From: Thermodesulfobacteriota bacterium
Lineage (GTDB): Bacteria > Desulfobacterota > Desulfarculia > JACQYL01
Length of the DNA stretch: 64,000 nt
NCBI GenBank assembly: GCA_963675595.2
Contig: CAXXLZ010000002.1
Span: 4,480,001 to 4,544,000 of the forward strand
Direction of reading: 5' to 3'
Of the stretch, positions 56,702 through 64,000 are shown piece by piece. The position numbers and the translations under genes are program-made. Position 1 is the stretch's first letter; each line of letters opens with the position of its first letter. The notes beneath the pieces are model-generated. The model saw only the letters and a program-made list of their open reading frames with translations, was not told the DNA's origin and ran no database searches.

Positions 56702-58000
56702 ATGGACCCTGTGTACGGCCTGGTGGGTTTCGCGGTGCTTTTCCTGTTGTTGGCCTTGGGGCTTCCCATTGCGTTTTCCATGGCCTTGGTGGGCGTCGGA
56801 GGCTTTGCGATTCTGTCCGGGGTGCCTCAGGCTTTGGCCGGATTCTCGATTCTCGCGTATTCCAACACGGCCCATTTCGTGTTGGCGTGTATTCCCTTGT
56901 TCATCCTCATGGGTCAGTTCGCTTTCCATGCGGGAGTCACGGAAGACCTCTACGAAGTGGTCCGGAAGTGGTTCGGAGGCGTGCCCGGCGGATTGGCCAT
57001 CGCCACGGTGTTCGCTTCCGCGGGCCTGGGCGCGGTGACCGGTTCGAGCGTGGCTTCCGTGGCCACTCTGGGTACCGTGGCGTTACCGGAGCTCGATCGA
57101 CAGGGGTACGATCCCACCCTGTCGGTGGGCACCATCGCGTCCGCCGGTACCCTGGGCATCCTGATTCCTCCGAGCATTCCCATGGTGTTGTACGGGGTGC
57201 TGGCCGAGGTATCCATCGGCAAGCTGTTTATCGGCGGCATTCTGCCGGGCATCCTCACCGCGATCATCTTCAGCGTCATGATCCTGTTCAGGGTGAAGCG
57301 TCGACCCGAACTGGCGCCCAAGACCGAAGGAGTCTCCTGGCGGGAGCGGCTGTCCGCCTTGTGGAAGGTCTGGGGCGTGGCCGCTCTGTTCTTCCTGGTC
57401 ATCGGAGGCATCTTCCTGGGTTGGTTCACGTCCACGGAAGGCTCGGGCATCGGCGCCGCGGGGGCCTTCGCGCTCTTCGCCCTGTCCGGCCGGATGAACC
57501 GGGCTTTGCTCAAGGAGTCGGTGAGCCGTTCCTTGGGGCTGACGGCCATGATCACGGCCATCCTCATCGGAGCCTCGGCCTTCGCGCAATTCATCGCGGT
57601 CACGGGGCTCACGTCGTCTTTGGCGGACCGCATCGGGTCTCTTCCGGTGGACCGTCACGTGGTGCTCGTGGCCGTGCTGGTACTGTATCTGTTCCTGGGA
57701 TGCGTCATGGACGTGATCGGCATGCTGGTGCTCACCATTCCGGTGATTTTTCCGGTGATGGTCATGTTGGGGTTCGACCCCATCTGGTTCGGCGTGCTGG
57801 TGACCGTGATGATCGAAGTGAGTCTCATCACCCCGCCCGTGGGCACCAACGTCATCATCATCCAACGGGTTTCCGGCCTGCCGTCCATGCAGGTGTTTCG
57901 AGGCGTGGGCTGGTTCTTCGCGCTGGAACTCGTGGTCATCGCCCTGCTGGTGTTGTTTCCCGCCCTGGCCACCGCTCTGCCGGAGTTGATGTTCGAGTGA
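56702..58000 (+). CDS. dctM: TRAP transporter large permease
   Basis: IPLFILMG, GSSVAS, GTLGILIPPSI, FDPIWFG, ITPPVG. Confidence 0.95.
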   Translation: MDPVYGLVGFAVLFLLLALGLPIAFSMALVGVGGFAILSGVPQALAGFSILAYSNTAHFVLACIPLFILMGQFAFHAGVTEDLYEVVRKWFGGVPGGLAIATVFASAGLGAVTGSSVASVATLGTVALPELDRQGYDPTLSVGTIASAGTLGILIPPSIPMVLYGVLAEVSIGKLFIGGILPGILTAIIFSVMILFRVKRRPELAPKTEGVSWRERLSALWKVWGVAALFFLVIGGIFLGWFTSTEGSGIGAAGAFALFALSGRMNRALLKESVSRSLGLTAMITAILIGASAFAQFIAVTGLTSSLADRIGSLPVDRHVVLVAVLVLYLFLGCVMDVIGMLVLTIPVIFPVMVMLGFDPIWFGVLVTVMIEVSLITPPVGTNVIIIQRVSGLPSMQVFRGVGWFFALELVVIALLVLFPALATALPELMFE

Positions 58001-58015
58001 AGGATTTTGGAGGAA

Positions 58016-58099
58016 GGTTTGGGGAACCCTTTTGGAAAAGGGGTCCCCAAACCCCTCCGAAAACTTTCGAGCAGGGAGTACCGCCTTCGGCGGAACTCC
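58016..58099 (-). repeat. Repeat family A copy
   Basis: GGTTTGGGGAACCCTTTTGGAAAAGGGGTCCCCAAACC...AAAACTTT...GGAGTACCGCCTTCGGCGGAACTCC. Confidence 0.85.
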
Positions 58100-58329
58100 G
58101 GGAGCGAATGCACTGTCACCGACCTTCGGAAACCCGCATGGATCAGGAAATAGGGTGGGCCGATCATCTCTCCGGGGCAACCCGTTGCGTTCGGTCACGA
58201 ATACTTGAGGTTGGTTGAAGCCTCTTCTCAGGACGTCCGAGAATCCACGAAAAGATGGGATTGCCGCGCGACTTTTCCTATGTCTGATCGCAGCCGCATT
58301 CGCGAGACTTCGCCGTCCGCCCGGCACCT

Positions 58330-58356
58330 GTAGGGGCGGGTCACGGCGCCCGCTCC
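58330..58356 (+). repeat. Degenerate GTAG-type REP
   Basis: GTAGGGGCGGGTCACGGCGCCCGCTCC. Confidence 0.6.
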
Positions 58357-58496
58357 GGGCTTTTTCCTGTGGAAAACCGGGCGCCCTTGTTCTAAAAAGG
58401 AAACCTGCGCCGGAGGCGGGCCTTCCGCTCAAACGCGCTGGGCGAAACGTCCAACGACCCTCAAATTCACACCTTCACTCTTTCCGGGATATTTTA

Positions 58497-59222
58497 ATGA
58501 CTTCTTCCCTCGAATCCTGCTTCATCACCACGTACGCGGGACGGTTGTCCGCCGCGATGCATCGGCCCGAAAACGATCCGGTCGCCGTGGTGATTTGTTG
58601 TCACGGTATGCTGAGCAGCAAGGACAGCCCCAAGTACACCGCACTGGGGGACATGCTCGCTTCCCGCGGCATGGCCGTGGTGCGGTTCGACCATGCCGGG
58701 TGCGGGGAAAGCGTGCGCACCGGCGGACGATTCAGTCTGAGCGGCCGGGTGAGGGAACTGCAGGAGGTCATCCGGTGGGTGCGGAGTCTTCCCGAGTTTT
58801 CTCGGATTCCCCTGGGACTCATGGGAAGCAGCATGGGAGGCATGGAAGTTCTCATCGCCGGGGGGCGGGACCCTCGAATCGGAGCGGTGGTGAGTTGGGC
58901 CGCTCCCTCGAACATGCTCAAAGGGTTTAAACCGTCGCGGATTTTTCGCATGGCGGTGAAGGTTCCGGCGTTGTTCGTGGATTCCCTGCGTCACGATTTT
59001 CTGAAGGAAATGAGCAAGACCTCGCGAGTGTTGGTGATTCACGGAGCCCAAGACGAACTGGTGCCCGTGTTCCACGCGCGGCGGATCTTCGAGACCGTGT
59101 CCGAGCCCAAGGCGCTGGAAATCATCCCCGAAGGAGACCACCGCATGATCCGGCCGGAACACCGACAGCGGGCTCACGAATGGACCACGGAATGGCTCTG
59201 CCGGTATTTGGCGGCGGAATGA
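58497..59222 (+). CDS. Alpha/beta fold hydrolase
   Basis: CHG, RFDHAGCGES, GSSMGG nucleophile elbow, IHGAQDELVP, GDH. Confidence 0.92.
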   Translation: MTSSLESCFITTYAGRLSAAMHRPENDPVAVVICCHGMLSSKDSPKYTALGDMLASRGMAVVRFDHAGCGESVRTGGRFSLSGRVRELQEVIRWVRSLPEFSRIPLGLMGSSMGGMEVLIAGGRDPRIGAVVSWAAPSNMLKGFKPSRIFRMAVKVPALFVDSLRHDFLKEMSKTSRVLVIHGAQDELVPVFHARRIFETVSEPKALEIIPEGDHRMIRPEHRQRAHEWTTEWLCRYLAAE

Positions 59223-59247
59223 GGAATAGGCCGGTTTTAGTTTTTTG

Positions 59248-59329
59248 CGGAGGAAACTTTCGAGAAAGTTTCCCCCGAGCCCCTTTCAAAGCCCCTTATG
59301 CGCGCCTCACCGCCTGCGGCGGAGAGGCC
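59248..59329 (-). repeat. Repeat family A copy
   Basis: CGGAGGAAACTTTCGAGAAAGTTTCCCCCG...GCCTCACCGCCTGCGGCGGAGAGGC. Confidence 0.85.
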
Positions 59330-59505
59330 GGGGGGAATCGCAGGCAGCCTGCCGAACCTTCCACCGAAGGCGCCGATATCTGATCAAAAAAAGTGAACAA
59401 AGGGGCGGCGGGATGCAGGTTATTGAAGATTCTTCTCCCGTAACCGTCCAATATGTCTGAAGAAAGTCGTTCTTATTACGATTCGGAGGCTTCGTGAAAA
59501 AGTAC

Positions 59506-59534
59506 TTGACGGAAACGTCCCGTCGGATTATGGT
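59506..59534 (+). promoter_or_regulatory. Sigma70 promoter of the cimA-leu operon
   Basis: TTGACG-N17-TATGGT. Confidence 0.7.
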
Positions 59535-59568
59535 ACGGTAACTTTCTTGGCGAAATAGAAGAGTCCCT

Positions 59569-59670
59569 ATGTTTTCTTCCACTCAGGTCAATCTTGTCGG
59601 TGTACCCTCCGTAGCGGGAATTATTTCCCTGCTCCTTCTTATTATTAATGGTGACATATCGGGGGCCTGA
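59569..59670 (+). CDS. Ile/Leu/Val-rich attenuator leader peptide (33 aa; absent from the ORF track)
   Basis: MFSSTQVNLVGVPSVAGIISLLLLIINGDISGA*, between the promoter and terminator upstream of cimA. Confidence 0.82.
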   Translation: MFSSTQVNLVGVPSVAGIISLLLLIINGDISGA

Positions 59671-59700
59671 CAAGCTAACTGGGTGAAAACAAAGAAAAAA

Positions 59701-59737
59701 ATCCGCTGTCAGGCTCCCCTGGCAGCGGATTTTTTTT
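59701..59737 (+). terminator. Attenuator terminator
   Basis: 13-bp stem ATCCGCTGTCAGG-CTCC-CCTGGCAGCGGAT plus T run; competing pairing GGGGCCTGACA (59662-59672) with TGTCAGGCTCC (59707-59717). Confidence 0.88.
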
Positions 59738-59752
59738 GCTCGGAGAAACGCC

Positions 59753-61339
59753 ATGGAGCACGAGGTAAGAATCTACGACACGACTTTGCGGGACGGTACG
59801 CAAGGGGAACTGGTCAACTTCTCGGCGGAAGACAAGATGCGCATTGCGCGCAAAATGGACTCGATGGGATTCCACTACATCGAGGGAGGCTGGCCGGGGT
59901 CCAACCCCAAAGATCGACGTTTCTTCGAGATGGCCAAATCCGAGGAATTTGAAACCGCTCGAATTACCGCTTTCGGCAGCACTCGCCGACCAAGGATCAA
60001 GCCCGGCGACGACGAGAACGTCCGGTCCCTGATGGAATCCGAAACTCCGGTGGTGGCGATTTTCGGGAAAAGCTGGGACCTCCACGCGGTGGATATTCTG
60101 GGTACCACACTGGAAGAAAACTGCGCCATGATTTCCGACACGGTGGCCTTTTTCAAGGATCGGGGTCGGGAGGTGGTGTACGACGCGGAACACTTTTTCG
60201 ACGGGTATCTGCGAAACCCCGAATACGCCATGAAGACCCTGGAAGCGGCGGCCCGGGCGGGCGCGGATTATCTGGTGCTGTGCGACACCAACGGCGGCAC
60301 CCTGCCTCACGGCATTGAGGAAATGGTGTCTCAGGTGGCTGAAAGTCTGCACGTTCCTTTGGGCATCCACTGCCACGACGACTGTGGAGTGGCCGTGGCC
60401 AACAGTCTCGCCGCCTTGCGCCGAGGGGCCGTGATGGTTCACGGCACGGTGAACGGGTATGGGGAGCGGTGTGGGAACGCGGACCTCATCACCCTGATTC
60501 CCACGCTTCAGCTCAAGATGTCCATGTCTTGCATCCCGGAAGACCGGCTGGAGCACGTCACGGACCTGTCCCGGTTCGTGAGCGAACTGGCCAATCGGCC
60601 CCCCAACAACCAGCGGCCTTATGCGGGCCGGAGCGCCTTCGCCCATAAGGGAGGAGTTCACGTGAGCGCCGTGATGAAGAATCCGGCGGCCTACGAACAC
60701 GTGGAACCGTCCACCGTGGGCAACCGAAGACGGGTGATCGTTTCCGACCTGTCCGGCAAGAGCAACGTGCAATACAAGGCCGAGGAATTGGGTATTCGTT
60801 TGGGCGGCAATGGCAAGGACAGTCGGGAGATCGTCGGGGAGATCAAGAAGCTCGAGGATTTGGGATATCAGTTCGATGCGGCGGAAGGGTCCTTCGAGCT
60901 GTTGGTGAAGAAGATCACCGGGCAGTTCATCGAGCCGTTCTGTCTCGAGCATTTCCGGGTGACCATCGAAAAGAACGGCAACGAGGAAGCCAAATCCCAG
61001 GCCATGGTGAAAATCTCCGTGGGAAACGAAAAGGAGATCACCGCCGCGGAAGGGGACGGCCCGGTGAACGCCCTGGACAACGCATTGCGCAAAGCGCTGC
61101 ATACGTTCTTTCCGGACCTGCAGGAGATGCATCTGGTGGACTACAAGGTCCGGGTCATCGAAGGGACCGAAGGAACCGCTGCGCGGGTCAAAGTGCTCAT
61201 CGAATCCCGGGACCCACAGGATATTTGGAGCACCATCGGGGTATCCACGGACATCATCGACGCAAGTTGGCAGGCTCTGGTGGACAGCATTCAGTTTCGT
61301 TTGAGCAGGAAACAATCTACGGAAGCCAAGGTGGCCTAA
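59753..61339 (+). CDS. cimA: (R)-citramalate synthase
   Basis: YDTTLRDGTQGE, YIEGGWPGSNPKD, FGKSWDLH, YDAEHFFDG, AFAHKGGVH (Geobacter-type CimA). Confidence 0.93.
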   Translation: MEHEVRIYDTTLRDGTQGELVNFSAEDKMRIARKMDSMGFHYIEGGWPGSNPKDRRFFEMAKSEEFETARITAFGSTRRPRIKPGDDENVRSLMESETPVVAIFGKSWDLHAVDILGTTLEENCAMISDTVAFFKDRGREVVYDAEHFFDGYLRNPEYAMKTLEAAARAGADYLVLCDTNGGTLPHGIEEMVSQVAESLHVPLGIHCHDDCGVAVANSLAALRRGAVMVHGTVNGYGERCGNADLITLIPTLQLKMSMSCIPEDRLEHVTDLSRFVSELANRPPNNQRPYAGRSAFAHKGGVHVSAVMKNPAAYEHVEPSTVGNRRRVIVSDLSGKSNVQYKAEELGIRLGGNGKDSREIVGEIKKLEDLGYQFDAAEGSFELLVKKITGQFIEPFCLEHFRVTIEKNGNEEAKSQAMVKISVGNEKEITAAEGDGPVNALDNALRKALHTFFPDLQEMHLVDYKVRVIEGTEGTAARVKVLIESRDPQDIWSTIGVSTDIIDASWQALVDSIQFRLSRKQSTEAKVA

Positions 61340-61500
61340 ATGGACGACGGTATTCATTCCAAGCGAGGAGTCACTGCCGCGGGTCGACATACGTGCGATC
61401 CGCGGCAGGCACTGGGCGGGTTTTCTCCTTACGTCTCACGAGTCATTCTACTTTGACGAATCATCATCATTGAAGCACTGAAGACCGGAGGAAACACGCC

Positions 61501-63036
61501 ATGGCGGAACGAGTATACGTATTCGATACGACCCTGAGAGACGGAGAACAATCTCCCGGCGCCAGCATGAACGCGGCGGAAAAGCTGCGACTGGCCTACC
61601 AGTTGGAAAAGCTGGGTGTGGACATTATGGAAGCGGGATTTCCCGCGGCTTCCGAGGGCGATTTTGAAGGCGTTCGGGACATTGCCGGCAAGGTGAGGGG
61701 ATGTCAGATCGCCGGACTGGCCCGGGCCAATAAGGAAGACCTGGATCGAGCCTGGAATGCGGTGAAGGAGGGAGCCAATCCCCGAATTCATACCTTCATC
61801 GCCACGTCGGACATTCACCTCGAGTACAAGCTGAAATTGACCCGCGAGCAGGTGCTGAAGAACGCGGTGGAAGCGGTGAAGTACGCCAGGTCTTTCACGG
61901 AAAACGTCCAGTTCTCCGCCGAAGACGCCACGCGGTCGGATCGGGATTTCCTCGTGAAGGTGTTCGAAGCGGTCATCGAAGCGGGGGCCACCACGGTGAA
62001 TATTCCGGATACCGTGGGTTATGCGGTGCCTTCGGAATTCGGAGAATTCATCCGCTACATCAAAGAGCATACGCCCAACATGGGAAAGGCCGTGATCAGC
62101 GTGCACTGCCACAACGATCTGGGCATGGCCACGGCCAACACGCTCACCGGGGTGGCCAACGGGGCCCGACAGATCGAGGTCACCATGAACGGCATCGGAG
62201 AGCGGGCGGGCAATACGTCCCTCGAAGAGTGCGTCATGGGGGGACGCACGCGTAAGGACCTGCTGGCTTTCGAAACCAATGTGAATACGCAGCTCATTTA
62301 TCCCACCAGCAGATTGGTTTCCATGATCACCGGCATCGTGGTTCAGCCCAACAAAGCCATCGTGGGCGCCAACGCCTTTGCACACGAGGCGGGCATCCAC
62401 CAGGACGGCATGCTCAAGCACGAGTCCACCTATGAAATCATGCGTCCCGCGGACGTGGGCATTGAAGCCAGTTCCCTGGTGCTGGGGAAGCATTCGGGTC
62501 GCCATGCGTTCCGGAAACGTCTCGAAGCCATGGGATACAATGTGGAAAAGGAAGATCTGGACCGTTTGTTCGTGCGTTTCAAGGAACTGGCGGACAAACG
62601 CAAAGAGATTCTGGACGAAGACATCGAGGCCATCGTGGCCGAGGAACTGCTGCGGGCGCCGGACCATTACCGTCTGGATTATCTGAACGTGATCAGTGGC
62701 ACCGTTTCGGTGCCCACGGCCACGGTGCGCATCGAGGTGGACGGAGAAATGCGTCAGGGCGCCGAATTCGGCGTGGGTCCCATTGATGCCACCTTTAACA
62801 CGATCAGCAAGCTGACCAAGACGTCCCCCAAGCTGGTTCGCTTTTCGGTGAACGCCATCACCGGAGGCATGGACGCTCAAGGCGAGGTTACGGTGAGGCT
62901 TCAGGAAGACGGCATCGTGGCTCTGGGCAAAGGCACGGACCCCGACATCATCACGGCCAGCGCCCGGGCCTATGTGAACGGACTCAATAGGCTGCGTCAC
63001 CTGAAGAGTCATCCTTCGGTACGGCCCGAGCTCTGA
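61501..63036 (+). CDS. leuA: 2-isopropylmalate synthase
   Basis: FDTTLRDGEQSPG, HCHNDLG, NGIGERAGN, HEAGIHQDG, LGKHSGR. Confidence 0.96.
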   Translation: MAERVYVFDTTLRDGEQSPGASMNAAEKLRLAYQLEKLGVDIMEAGFPAASEGDFEGVRDIAGKVRGCQIAGLARANKEDLDRAWNAVKEGANPRIHTFIATSDIHLEYKLKLTREQVLKNAVEAVKYARSFTENVQFSAEDATRSDRDFLVKVFEAVIEAGATTVNIPDTVGYAVPSEFGEFIRYIKEHTPNMGKAVISVHCHNDLGMATANTLTGVANGARQIEVTMNGIGERAGNTSLEECVMGGRTRKDLLAFETNVNTQLIYPTSRLVSMITGIVVQPNKAIVGANAFAHEAGIHQDGMLKHESTYEIMRPADVGIEASSLVLGKHSGRHAFRKRLEAMGYNVEKEDLDRLFVRFKELADKRKEILDEDIEAIVAEELLRAPDHYRLDYLNVISGTVSVPTATVRIEVDGEMRQGAEFGVGPIDATFNTISKLTKTSPKLVRFSVNAITGGMDAQGEVTVRLQEDGIVALGKGTDPDIITASARAYVNGLNRLRHLKSHPSVRPEL

Positions 63037-63062
63037 TGGTGATTTGTACGAGTTCACTATAA

Positions 63063-63144
63063 TGGGGCGGTGCTTGGAAAAGGCGCCGCCCGGACTCCCC
63101 GCGGAACCTAATGAATAGGGCCGTACCGCTTCGGGCGGAGCGTC
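63063..63144 (-). repeat. Degenerate repeat family A copy
   Basis: GGGCGGTGCTTGGAAAAGGCGCCGCCC-GGACTCCCC...CGTACCGCTTCGGGCGGAGCG. Confidence 0.7.
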
Positions 63145-63244
63145 CGAGGGGGGCTGGGCCGTCCCACCGATGTGGATTCCCCCGGGATGATGAATGGACC
63201 TGAATGATTCCAACGGAAGTTCGACACCAGAAAAGGCGAAACCC

Positions 63245-64000
63245 ATGCCTATGACGATTACAGAGAAGATACTGGCTGCTCACGCGGGAAAAAGTGAAGT
63301 TCATCCGGGGGAGCTCATTGAAGTGCGCGTGGACCTGGCCTTGGCCAACGACATCACGGCTCCTCTGGCCATCCGGGTCTTTCAGCGGATGGGTGCGGAC
63401 CGGGTGTTCGATCCCGAAAAGGTCGCCTTGATCCAGGACCACTTCGTACCCAACAAGGACATCGACTCCGCGGAGCAGGCGAGGGTCACGCGGGAATTTT
63501 CCCGTGAGCAGGGTTTGAAACATTTTTACGAAATCGGCGAAGCGGGGATTGAGCACGTGATGCTCCCCGAGCGGGGGATGGTAGTGCCCGGAGACGTGGT
63601 CATCGGGGCGGACAGCCACACGTGCACCTATGGCGGTTTGGGCGCCTTTTCCTCCGGCGTGGGCTCCACCGACCTGGCGGGAGTCATGGCCACAGGGGAA
63701 ATCTGGGTCAAAGTGCCGCCCACGATTCGACTGGTTTTCGAAGGCAATCTTGGACGATGGGTGCAGGGTAAGGACCTGATTCTGCATGCCATCGGCCTCC
63801 TGGGCGTGGAAGGTGCTCGATACCGGTCTCTGGAATTTACCGGTCCGGTCATTGAAGCCCTTTCCATGGAGGGACGGCTCACCATGGCCAACATGGCCGT
63901 CGAGGCGGGAGCCAAGAACGGCATCGTTCCTCCGGACCAGGTCACCCGAGCCTACGTGGCGGAACGATCTTCACGCGTGGGCGAGTACTGCGCCGGCGAT
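63245..64000 (+). CDS. leuC: 3-isopropylmalate dehydratase large subunit (partial, runs off the window)
   Basis: MPMTITEKILAAHAG, ANDITAP, DHFVPNKD, GIEH, GADSHTCTYG, GVGSTD, NMAVEAGAKNG. Confidence 0.95.
   Translation, partial: MPMTITEKILAAHAGKSEVHPGELIEVRVDLALANDITAPLAIRVFQRMGADRVFDPEKVALIQDHFVPNKDIDSAEQARVTREFSREQGLKHFYEIGEAGIEHVMLPERGMVVPGDVVIGADSHTCTYGGLGAFSSGVGSTDLAGVMATGEIWVKVPPTIRLVFEGNLGRWVQGKDLILHAIGLLGVEGARYRSLEFTGPVIEALSMEGRLTMANMAVEAGAKNGIVPPDQVTRAYVAERSSRVGEYCAGD

Noticed and set aside
1-64000. tRNA, rRNA, prophage or integrase genes
   Set aside because: None recognised on either strand by eye. tRNAscan and similar tools were not run.

Overview
GC-rich bacterial chromosome segment whose gene content (Geobacter-type cimA, TAXI/TRAP transporters, sigma54 psp operon, pan RNA leader) suggests Desulfobacterota/deltaproteobacteria; this is an inference. 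In order it holds: the end of a glycan locus (GT4, PglC-like, DegT-like); panCD behind a pan-RNA leader; a TetR-controlled RND efflux operon; an MCP; an intact IS110/IS1111-type element with a long 3' non-coding region; MFS and SBP genes; an accessory stretch (exported racemase, protease-dead archaemetzincin, hicBA, ggt, PKD protein, transposase relics); TRAP-TAXI; a ubiX-ubiD-ABC exporter-methyltransferase cluster whose UbiD has a signal peptide; a hybrid kinase; a Liv-type ABC system with an acyl-CoA ligase; pspF/pspABC; a URO-D-like/TRAP/hydrolase cluster; and cimA-leuA-leuC behind a leader-peptide attenuator. Spacers are packed with at least four families of structured repeats whose stems covary. 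The best novelty candidates are the apparently exported UbiD system, the IS110 non-coding RNA with segments matching its own donor junction and its MITE-end target, and the covarying repeat families. All calls come from reading motifs by eye; no database searches or folding programs were run.
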